Shown here in pieces: positions 29,286 through 37,310 of a DNA stretch of 64,000 nt. The stretch lies in IMG/VR virus record IMGVR_UViG_2751185860_000001, positions 1-64,000 of that record; one strand, given 5' to 3'. The stretch is from a virus (Duplodnaviria > Caudoviricetes). The notes beneath the pieces were generated by a model. That model saw nothing but the letters and a program-made list of their open reading frames with translations, had not been told where the DNA came from and searched no databases. The translations under genes were made by a program, and so were the position numbers. Numbering within the stretch: position 1 is the first letter of the stretch; each line of letters begins with the position of its first letter.

Positions 29286-31582
29286 ATGCCTATTCCCTAT
29301 CACACACACAAGTTTGAAATTGAGCCAGCGACAAATAAGGAAGTCAAAGAAGGTATTTTAGACAATAAAGTTGTTGCACCCTCTTCATTGGGGAGTGCAG
29401 CGGCTTATTCTATGGGTTATTTTGCGACTGCTGCTCAAGGAAAGAAAGCTGATGAGGCCGTTGCAAAAAGAGATGTTGGGGCACTTGCTTATAAAGATAC
29501 GGTTACAGTTAATGATATAAGCACAAGTGGGGATCCTAGTGAGAATACAGTTCTATCGGGTACTGGCTGGATAAAGCTATCGCCTTTGGGAATTGGCGAT
29601 ATGAGTGCTGCTATTTATGATCCTTCTAATGTGATGTCAGATGCCTTTTCTATGGAGAATATGGTTGAAGGTGATACAAAGAAGATTTTGACTGCAGAAG
29701 AAAGAGTAAAGCTACAATGGATAAGTTCTGAGTGCCCTACAATAGAAAAATGGAAGAAGGCAGATGAGGATATCAATTATCCTATATCTCCTGCTGATCT
29801 TAAAGATACTATCACTCATTTTACATTATCAAAATCTCTTGCGATGTCAAAATCAGTTTATGATCCAGATAAAATAGCAAAGGATGTTTTTGCTATGGAT
29901 CATATGAAAGAGGGGGAGAAACACCTTATCTTAACGCCTCAAGAACGTATCCAGATTACGAAGATTAATCAAATTGAAGAGGTTGCACAGCAAGCACAAA
30001 CGACAGCTCAATGTGGGGTCAATGCAGCAGGTGAGGCTAAAGAGACTGCAGATAAAGCACAAGTGGCCGCAGAGAGTGCAAAAGAAACGGCGGCGGTTGC
30101 AAAAGAGGCGGCAGTAGCTGCACAAACGACAGCTAATAGTGCAAAGAAAGCCGCTGATACTGCACAAAGCACTGCCAATAAAGCACAAGAAACTGTAGAT
30201 AAGGTGCAAAGCACTGCAGAGAGTGCAAAGGAAACGGCAGCAGATGCTTTAAGCACAGCAAAGGATGCGCAAAGCACTGCTGATAAAGCACAAGTGGCTG
30301 TAGAGAGTGCAAAAGAAGCAGCGACAAGTGCAAAAACAGTAGCTGATAAGGCGCAAGAAACTGCCGTGGATGCAAAAGAGACTGCAGACAAAGCACAAAA
30401 AGCAGTTGATCTCATTCACCCTCTTGAAAAGCAAGATTGGATTGATGGCATCAAAGCAGAAAATGCACTGATATCACCGGCTCATCTTGTTGCTTCTATC
30501 AAAGCAAATAGTGGCGGCAGTAGTGGGGGCAGCAGCAATAGTGTGGGTGTAGGTGTTAGCAAACCTGTTGAGATTTTCATGACGGAAAGTGGGGAAATTG
30601 CATGGCCAGAAGGGACAACTGGAGACACCGAGCTTGAAATATGGGCTTGGGGTGGTGGTAATGCTGGTGATGATAGTGGTCGTCATGGTGGTAATGGTGG
30701 GTGTTGTACTTATGTGAGAACAAGGAAAAAGTTTCTTGGCAACAGTAAAGTAACTATCGGCAAGGGTGGAAAAACAGCTGAGAATAGCGGTTTCGCTGGG
30801 GAAAAAACAAAAGTTGGTCAGTTTATTACAGCTTCTGGTGGTTCTATCGGATACGATCCTAGTGGTATTCATGGTGCCAGGGGCGATGATGGAGCTGATG
30901 CAGAGGATCAAAGTGGTATTGGGGGTGATGGCAAGAATGGTGAAGTTGGTAGGATAGGTGGATTTGGTGGTAATGGGGGAAAGGGGGCAAAAGCGGTAAA
31001 AATAGTACTGGAGGGCGTGGGGGCAGTGGTGGCAGAGGGGGCGATAATTTTTTAAAAAGTGCCGGTAATGGAGGTAAAGGCGGTGATGGTGGGCGTGGCG
31101 AGAATGGTGGTAAAGGCGGCGGAGGTGGCGATGGTGGAAACAATATATATAACGGTGGCGGTGTTGGAGGTTGGGGTGGTAAAGGAGGAGATGTAGGTGC
31201 TGGTTTAGGTGGTGAAGGCGGTTGGGGTGGTAAAGGAGGCAATAGTATGTGGGGTGGTGGTGGCGGAGGTGGTATTGGAGGAGACGGTGGTGATAGTAAC
31301 CAAGGAATTGGTGGTAAAGGCGGTTTAGGCGGACGTGGTGGAGACAGTATTTATGGCGGTGCAGGTGGAGGGGCAGGGGGTGGCAAAGGTGGAAAAGGCG
31401 AGAAAAACGGTAATAATGGTACTAGTGGACTTGGGGGTCATAGCATGTGGGGTGGTCGTGGTGGACAGGGAAGTATTGGTTACTATGGTGGTGGCGGTGG
31501 ATATTTTCCCGGAAAAGATGCGACATCTTCATCAAGCGGTGCTGGGGGAGATGGTGCTGTATTAATTAAAGTGTATTTATAG
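29286..31582 (+). CDS. Long tail fibre: Ala-rich heptad stalk plus glycine-rich tip; continuous only through a -1 shift near 30977-30987
   Basis: ORF 29286-31055 and the -1 frame leading into ORF 31247-31582 join (GKGGKSGKNSTGG...); C-terminus GAGGDGAVLIKVY matches the fibre tips at 57093 and 58444. Confidence 0.72.
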
Positions 31583-31597
31583 AAATGGAATGAAACA

Positions 31598-32263
31598 ATG
31601 GCACGAAGGATTAGTAAAGACTGTTTGAATTGTTTAAAAAAATGGGAAGGCTTGCGATTAAACGCTTATCAAGATGCATCTGGTGTTTGGACCATTGGAT
31701 ATGGTCATACCGGAAAAGCTGGTAAGCCATTTGTTGTTGAAGGTATGACGATTACCAAGCAAAAAGCTGAAACTATACTTTTAACTGATTTGCAAAAATA
31801 TGAAGCAGCAGTAGAAAAAGAGGTTTGCGTTGATTTAAATGATGAACAGTTTGGGGCTCTGGTTTCATTTTGTTATAATGTTGGTGTAAGTGCTTTTCAA
31901 CGCTCTACCTTGCTTAAAAAGCTTAATAAAGGGGATTATGAAGCTGTACCGGCTGAATTACAAAAATGGACAATGGCAGATGGCAAACGTTTGAAAGGTT
32001 TAGTTCACCGGCGTGCTGCTGAAGCGGGGTTATGGGCAACGAGTGCTTATGTTTCTTCTAATTATCAAGCTGTAGAAGCAAAAGAATCAACAAGTGCTTT
32101 TAAAGTAGAAATGTTAGCGCCTGTCATTGGGTCTTTCTCGGGGCTTGGAGGATTACTTGCTGGCAATGGTCCAGTTCAGTGGGCTTTTGCGGCAATTATG
32201 GTTTTAGCAGCTTGTGTTGGTATTACGTTTGTTGCTCAACGTTTTTGGGAGCAACGGCTGTGA
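31598..32263 (+). CDS. Endolysin, GH24 phage lysozyme with C-terminal hydrophobic helices
   Basis: EGLRLNAYQDASGVWTIGYGHT (E-x8-D-x5-T); GLVHRRAAEAGLW. Confidence 0.92.
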   Translation: MARRISKDCLNCLKKWEGLRLNAYQDASGVWTIGYGHTGKAGKPFVVEGMTITKQKAETILLTDLQKYEAAVEKEVCVDLNDEQFGALVSFCYNVGVSAFQRSTLLKKLNKGDYEAVPAELQKWTMADGKRLKGLVHRRAAEAGLWATSAYVSSNYQAVEAKESTSAFKVEMLAPVIGSFSGLGGLLAGNGPVQWAFAAIMVLAACVGITFVAQRFWEQRL

Positions 32264-32487
32264 TTTGGTGGGGAAAGAAATATTTACTGATGGTGGCGGC
32301 GACTTTAGCCGCTTTTTTTGTAACTTTAGCTAAGGTTTTTCGGTTTGGAAAGAAAGTTGAGCAACGCAAACGGACTGAGAAAACTTTAAAAATAGCTATA
32401 ACACGGTTTGAAGTAGAAGATGAAGTTAACAAGAAAAGTGATGTGGATATACGCTCTGATCTGTCTGAGTGGGTGCGTAAAGAATGA
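32260..32487 (+). CDS. Inner-membrane spanin-like protein (Rz-like)
   Basis: GTG start overlapping the lysozyme stop (GTGA); N-terminal TM helix then coiled region. Confidence 0.6.
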   Translation: MIWWGKKYLLMVAATLAAFFVTLAKVFRFGKKVEQRKRTEKTLKIAITRFEVEDEVNKKSDVDIRSDLSEWVRKE

Positions 32488-32632
32488 CTATGTTTCTTGC
32501 CTAGGATGGATGCCAATTTATTTGGATAGGCAAGACTACGATGGAATCAGTTCAAACTTAGCACGAGACATTTTAAAGCATAATGAGAACGGAAAACGTT
32601 CTTGTGGATGGAAGCCTATTAACACAAGTTAA
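32420..32632 (+). CDS. Outer-membrane lipoprotein spanin-like protein (Rz1-like)
   Basis: Lipobox LSGC; overlaps the preceding gene in another frame. Confidence 0.65.
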   Translation: MKLTRKVMWIYALICLSGCVKNDYVSCLGWMPIYLDRQDYDGISSNLARDILKHNENGKRSCGWKPINTS

Positions 32633-32666
32633 AGGTGATTTATAAGGGTAAGTTGCAAAATCCTAT

Positions 32667-32696
32667 TCCCTAACCTGATTATTTTATCCCTAACCT
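32667..32696. repeat. Candidate integrase arm-type sites
   Basis: tccctaacct at 32667-32676 and 32687-32696. Confidence 0.5.
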
Positions 32697-32745
32697 TAAA
32701 TAAATATCAATAAAATCAATGGGTTATAGGGGTAAAAAAGGCATA

Positions 32746-32761
32746 TGGTGCCCCCAGAGGG
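32746..32761 (-). other. att core resembling a tRNA 3' end (...CCCTCTGGGGGCACCA)
   Basis: Minus strand reads T-stem half ccctc, acceptor half tgggggc, discriminator A and CCA; lies between the lysis genes of prophage 1 and the integrase of prophage 2. Confidence 0.7.
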
Positions 32762-32887
32762 CGAATCAGTCCTTAGCAAGTAGAATCCAATCACATAAAA
32801 ATGTGCAAAGACGTGTTGCTGTATATAGCTTTTTATGATTCAGTAAGAAAATTAATGATTAAATAAAAAATCTGATATCAAAAATTA

Positions 32888-32908
32888 AAGGTGGTCAAAA
32901 AGGTGGTC
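32888..32908. repeat. Candidate arm-type sites for integrase 2
   Basis: aaggtggtc at 32888-32896 and 32900-32908, just before the int start. Confidence 0.5.
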
Positions 32909-32923
32909 GAAAAGGAGGGGTAA

Positions 32924-34081
32924 ATGAGGGCGATTCATAGGTTAACAGCATCGTTTGTAAAGACATCTCCTCAGGGTAAGTATTGTGATGGAGCAGGCTT
33001 ATGGTTAAATGTTCGAAAAGACAATACACGCGGTTGGTTTTTTCGTTATACATACCGCAATAAACGCCGTGAAATGGGGCTTGGTCCTGTTACAAAAACT
33101 TCTTTAAAGGAAGCACGCGAGTTTGCTAAACATTATAGTGATATTCTTAAGGGTGGCAACGATCCTATTGTATTTCGAGAACAAAGCATTTTAAAACAGC
33201 AAAGCAATGTTTTTCAAGAAATTGCTCAAGCGGCTTTTGAAAGTAAAAAAGCTGAGTTAAAAAATGAAGGAAAAAATGGTCGTTGGTTTTCTCCACTAGA
33301 GTTACACGTTATTCCACATATAGGTAACCTTCCTGTAGAAAAATTAACAGCGAATATTATTCGTAATGTTCTTGCTCCACTTTGGCATAAAAAAGGAGAT
33401 ACAGCGCGAAAAGTACTTAACCGTATCAATATTTGCTTAAAATATGCCGCCGCTCTTGGCTTGGATGTTGATTTACAAGCTTGTATGAAAGCACGCGCTC
33501 TTTTAGGAAAGTCACGCGCTATATCAACAAATATTCCTGCTATGCCATGGCGGGAAGTTCCGGCTTTTTATCAAAACTTAAATGATGACCTCCTTTCAAA
33601 TTTAGCGCTAAAATTGCTAATTTTGACTGGAGTACGGTCATATCCCTTGCGATATTTGCGTCTTGAGCAAATTGATAAAAATGTATGGACGATACCAAAA
33701 GAAAATATGAAGGGTATTGTAGGCAAAGTTTCAGACTTTCGCGTACCGCTAAGTAATGAAGCTTTGAGAGTCATTGAAAAAGCTCTTTCTTTTGAAAAAA
33801 ATGGTTTCTTATTTTCTGGTCTTAAAGGCACCCCAATTTCTGATGCAAGCATGGCAAAACATATGAAATTTTGTGGTTTAAAGTATCGTCCTCACGGTTT
33901 TCGCTCAAGCTTACGAGATTGGATAGCAGAAACAACATCAACACCATTTGAGATTGCCGAAACTGTCCTTGCTCATTCAGTTGGTAGTTCAGTGACAAAA
34001 GCTTACATGCGAACAGATTTTTTAGAACAACGACATGCTCTCTTAGAACAGTGGGCTACATTTATAACAGGGACGACTTGA
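32924..34081 (+). CDS. int: P4-type tyrosine integrase with arm-binding domain
   Basis: HRLTASFV...YCDGAGLWL; LTGVRS; HGFRSSLRDW; LAHSVG...KAY. Confidence 0.95.
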   Translation: MRAIHRLTASFVKTSPQGKYCDGAGLWLNVRKDNTRGWFFRYTYRNKRREMGLGPVTKTSLKEAREFAKHYSDILKGGNDPIVFREQSILKQQSNVFQEIAQAAFESKKAELKNEGKNGRWFSPLELHVIPHIGNLPVEKLTANIIRNVLAPLWHKKGDTARKVLNRINICLKYAAALGLDVDLQACMKARALLGKSRAISTNIPAMPWREVPAFYQNLNDDLLSNLALKLLILTGVRSYPLRYLRLEQIDKNVWTIPKENMKGIVGKVSDFRVPLSNEALRVIEKALSFEKNGFLFSGLKGTPISDASMAKHMKFCGLKYRPHGFRSSLRDWIAETTSTPFEIAETVLAHSVGSSVTKAYMRTDFLEQRHALLEQWATFITGTT

Positions 34082-34224
34082 CAAAATCACGGAAGCATTT
34101 ATATACGCAAATCAGGTGCTTGAAAAACACCTTAAGCAAACAGCGGATAGATTGTCGACACAATCTTTTTTCTGCACATTAAAGGCTTTGACTCGTTGTA
34201 TACGTGTGGCGTATAGTGATCCTG

Positions 34225-34306
34225 TCGGGTGTGGTTATGCGATACAATACCCTTTATGGGGAAAGCATAACGACGGACTGTTTGCCGTGTTTTTCAGCGC
34301 CCGGCG
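34225..34306 (+). ncRNA. C4-antisense-like structured RNA, copy 2
   Basis: Same fold as 8305-8385 with compensatory stem gttatgc/gcataac; segments ctgtttgc and gtgtttttca are complementary to 34121-34143 and 34327-34349. Confidence 0.8.
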
Positions 34307-34358
34307 CTCTTTTTTTTGAGTGTCAATGAAAAACGTTTGTTACAAACAGGAGTTCGTT

Positions 34359-34874
34359 ATGAACAATCTTATAGAGATTAAAAAACAAGTGATTGATCAG
34401 GAAACTGTTCAGACAGTCAACGCACGTGAGTTGTGTGCTTTTTTAGAGGTAGGAAAAGATTTTTCTACTTGGATTACAAACCGCATTAATCAGTATGAAT
34501 TTGTTGAAAATCAAGACTTTGTTTGCTCCCCTATTTTGGGGAGCAAAGGCAGAGGTGGTCACAATCGCAAAGAATACCATCTCACCTTAGACATGGCGAA
34601 AGAGTTATCCATGGTTGAACGTAATGATAAAGGACGTCAAGCCCGTCGATATTTTATTGAATGTGAAAAAAAATTAAACAGTCAATTACAATTTGATCGT
34701 GAACTGTTTTCTCGTGATTTATTAAAATCACCTTCAGGTATTGGTGAAATTTTAGAAATAATTATGACACGTTTATTAGATGCAAATGGTTTTGAAAAAG
34801 AGCTTGAACATTACAAATCAGTTACAACAGAAGCCAAGCGTGTTTTAGAAAGCCCTGTTGCAAAGGCTGCTTAA
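34359..34874 (+). CDS. AntA/AntB-family antirepressor
   Basis: DQETVQTVNARELCAFLEV...YHLTLDMAKELSMVERNDKGRQARRYFIECE; RBS aggag before ATG 34359. Confidence 0.9.
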   Translation: MNNLIEIKKQVIDQETVQTVNARELCAFLEVGKDFSTWITNRINQYEFVENQDFVCSPILGSKGRGGHNRKEYHLTLDMAKELSMVERNDKGRQARRYFIECEKKLNSQLQFDRELFSRDLLKSPSGIGEILEIIMTRLLDANGFEKELEHYKSVTTEAKRVLESPVAKAA

Positions 34875-34949
34875 TTACAAAGAATATAACCATACCTTTC
34901 CCCTGTAAAATGGGGAGAGGTTAAGTTTTATATTTGTATGTTTAGCAAT

Positions 34950-35186
34950 TTACTTACATTGCTGAATAGAGAAACATCCGTATTTGTAGGGCACAAACTC
35001 ATAACTTTGTTTTTCTTCCCATTGCGTAAATAAAAATAAGTACTTTTGAAAATCTATACTTGAAAGGCGTCCTCCGAATTCTTGAAGGAAAGCTAACAAT
35101 AGTTTTTGCCGTTTGAATAGAATCCTACTTTTTACTGTTTTCATAGTATTATTTCTGTATCTGATTGATATTTTGCTTAGAACCAA
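34950..35186 (-). pseudogene. Truncated DUF488-like gene (N-terminal fragment)
   Basis: KLLLAFLQEFGGRLSSIDFQKYLFLF...YEFVPYKYGCFS then a premature stop. Confidence 0.5.
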
Positions 35187-35366
35187 CCCAATGAAATTAT
35201 ATCACAAAAAAGTATTTATGCACTGATAAAATCAACAATAATTGTTTATTTTCAATAATTTATGCTGTTTTTTCTTTGGAAAAATGGACTGTGTTGTGCT
35301 ATAGTAAAAGCAGCTTTTCATATCCGTATTTCATTTCAATTATTTTCCTTAGAAAAGATATCAAAC

Positions 35367-35813
35367 ATGCTTAATAAAGTAATTTTAATCGGCTATCTGG
35401 GTGCCGATCCCGACAGCAGAATAATGCCATCTGGAGTAGAAGTAGCAAATTTTCGTATGGGCACTTCTCAAAGTTATACAGATAAAACAACCTCTCAAAG
35501 AATAAATAAAACAGAATGGCATTCTATTGTGATTTTTAATCCGCATCTTGCAAAGATTGCGCTTCAGTATCTCAACAAAGGTTCCAAAGTTTACATTGAA
35601 GGTCAATTACAAACACGTAAATGGCAAGATAAAGATGGGCAAACACGCTACACAACAGAAATTGTCTTACCGCAATATAAAGGTGAGTTAAAAATCCTTG
35701 ATAGTGCTCAAAAGTCTGATCCTGACATGGCTACTCAAGAGCAAACAATGGCATGGGAGAGTGGTGGTCGAGAGTCTTTAGAAACGACTTTGAATGACAG
35801 AATCCCATTTTAA
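35367..35813 (+). CDS. ssb: Single-stranded DNA-binding protein, copy 2
   Basis: MLNKVILIGYLGADPD...[13 protein letters not shown]...NDRIPF. Confidence 0.96.
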   Translation: MLNKVILIGYLGADPDSRIMPSGVEVANFRMGTSQSYTDKTTSQRINKTEWHSIVIFNPHLAKIALQYLNKGSKVYIEGQLQTRKWQDKDGQTRYTTEIVLPQYKGELKILDSAQKSDPDMATQEQTMAWESGGRESLETTLNDRIPF

Positions 35814-35829
35814 TCAGGAAAGTTAATTT

Positions 35830-36360
35830 ATGAAGAAACGCAAAAAAAGGGGAAGACCTAGAATAGAAGGTCAAATAAGAAAACCCAATGGACGTATCTC
35901 GTGTGCAAAAACGCCTGATAAGTCTTCATATCAACAGACACTTGAAATGCGTGCCAAGCGTTATGGAGCGAGTATTCAAGATGCGAAAAACCCACTTATG
36001 GGCACTTATGTAGGGCGGTTATATTTATTGGAAAAAAAGATTAATCAAGATCAGTACGATGCATCACAGCAGTATATTCAAGTGCGAAACAATTATCGGT
36101 GTGCGAAAGGATTACCAGGGGCTATTTATGATGAAATGCCAACATCTTCTGATGATAGCGAAAGGAACAAGTGGGTTGAAGTAACAACTGATCGCTATAA
36201 AGCGATGCAAGAGGTTATCAGAGAAACACAGAGACTGCATCGTCGGTATAATCTTCATGATGCATTAGAGCATCTGGTTATTGAAGACCAACAACTGCCA
36301 CATCTTGTCAACTCTCTACGCATGGCTCTGAATGCTCTTCACAAATATTTTGATCCTTAA
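35830..36360 (+). CDS. Putative late-gene regulator / antiterminator, copy 2
   Basis: Close paralog of 11185-11730 in the same context. Confidence 0.5.
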   Translation: MKKRKKRGRPRIEGQIRKPNGRISCAKTPDKSSYQQTLEMRAKRYGASIQDAKNPLMGTYVGRLYLLEKKINQDQYDASQQYIQVRNNYRCAKGLPGAIYDEMPTSSDDSERNKWVEVTTDRYKAMQEVIRETQRLHRRYNLHDALEHLVIEDQQLPHLVNSLRMALNALHKYFDP

Positions 36361-36368
36361 TAAAAGGA

Positions 36369-36415
36369 TTGACATCAGATTTAAAATTAATAAAATGTGT
36401 ATATATTTACACATT
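36369..36415 (+). promoter_or_regulatory. hicAB promoter with operator palindrome
   Basis: TTGACA (36369-36374), 16 nt, TAAAAT; inverted repeat aatgtgta/tacacatt (36394-36415). Confidence 0.65.
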
Positions 36416-36428
36416 ATGAGTATATAAA

Positions 36429-36629
36429 ATGGAACAAGATAGCCGAAAAATCATTGCAAAATTAAAGTGTGACGGCTTTGAACTTGTTAAAGTAAAAGGT
36501 TCTCATCATAAATTTAAAAAAAATGGTCAAGTAATTATCGTTCCCCATCCTAAAAAAGACTTGCCAATTGGTACAGCGCGTTCCATTGCACAACAAGCGG
36601 GCTGGTTAAAAAAAGGAAAAGAAGAATGA
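36429..36629 (+). CDS. hicA: HicA toxin
   Basis: GFELVKVKGSHHKFKK...VPHPKKDLPIGTARSI. Confidence 0.93.
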   Translation: MEQDSRKIIAKLKCDGFELVKVKGSHHKFKKNGQVIIVPHPKKDLPIGTARSIAQQAGWLKKGKEE

Positions 36630-37021
36630 AAAGATTTTTTGCTCTTGTTCACAAGGATGAAAATTCTGCTTTTGGTGTTCAGTTTCCTGATTTTAAAGGA
36701 CTATTTTCTGCTGCCGATCAGGAAGAAAATCTTATTGCTAATGCAACAGAAGCTCTTCAACTATATTGCGAAGAAATGGATAAATTGCCAACTCCTTTAA
36801 AATTTGAAGAAGTGATACAGAAAGAAACTGTCAAAATAGCTTTGTCGGAAGGAGCTTTTTTAATACAAGTTCCATTTGTTGAAAATGATTCAGAAGTGGT
36901 GCGTATGAATATATCAATTGAACGAGGGCTCTTGCGTGCAATTGATGATTGTGCACAAGAAAGAGGCTTAACACGATCTGCCTTTTTAGCAACGGCAGCA
37001 CGTCATGAGCTTAATATTTGA
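36626..37021 (+). CDS. hicB: HicB antitoxin with C-terminal RHH domain
   Basis: AFGVQFPDFKGLFSA...RMNISIERGLLRAIDD...TRSAFL. Confidence 0.93.
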   Translation: MKRFFALVHKDENSAFGVQFPDFKGLFSAADQEENLIANATEALQLYCEEMDKLPTPLKFEEVIQKETVKIALSEGAFLIQVPFVENDSEVVRMNISIERGLLRAIDDCAQERGLTRSAFLATAARHELNI

Positions 37022-37133
37022 GTCATCAGATGTAATGAGAAAATTTACAACTTTTCTTCTACGACCATTTACACTTAACAAATACCATATTTAGTTTGAT
37101 TGAAATAAAAAATACCAGATTGTGATTTTTTAG

Positions 37134-37162
37134 TTGACATGGGGATATAAATAGTATTTAAT
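37134..37162 (+). promoter_or_regulatory. Late promoter of prophage 2
   Basis: TTGACA (37134-37139), 17 nt, TTTAAT (37157-37162). Confidence 0.78.
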
Positions 37163-37234
37163 AGCGCTACTGCACGTGTTTTTGTGCGCCCAAAATTACA
37201 GAATCATGTAATTTTTTCTTGTTGGTGTTGTTTT

Positions 37235-37262
37235 AAAAGCCCTGCAAATGCAGGGTTTTTTG
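37235..37262 (+). terminator. Intrinsic terminator 1 in the late leader of prophage 2
   Basis: ccctgc-aaat-gcaggg followed by T6. Confidence 0.82.
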
Positions 37263-37310
37263 ATTTAAAAAATCAAATTCAGTCACTCCTATTTTTTTAT
37301 GATTTACTGG

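Larger units (their letters stand above)
1..32745. mobile_element. Prophage 1: temperate phage with lambdoid early region and podovirus-type (P22/N4-gp56-like) virion module; left att lies outside the window
   Basis: Gene order int-xis-exo-recT-ant-cI/cro-replication-ssb-late regulator-terS-terL-portal-scaffold-capsid-tail-lysis, ending at att-like sequence near 32.75 kb. Confidence 0.92.

Noticed and set aside
30008-31242. Ala/Ser-rich (30008-30415) and Pro-rich (30859-31242) minus-strand ORFs
   Set aside because: Exact antisense mirrors of the Ala-rich stalk and Gly-rich tip codons
32746-32830. Complete tRNA gene
   Set aside because: Only the last 16 nt look tRNA-like; no TTC-containing T-loop, anticodon arm or D-arm follows, so the isoacceptor cannot be named
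34116-34319. 67-aa ORF upstream of the antirepressor (icd/kil-like position)
   Set aside because: Coincides with the structured RNA; weak TTG start. A P1 icd-like peptide is possible but not supportable from sequence alone
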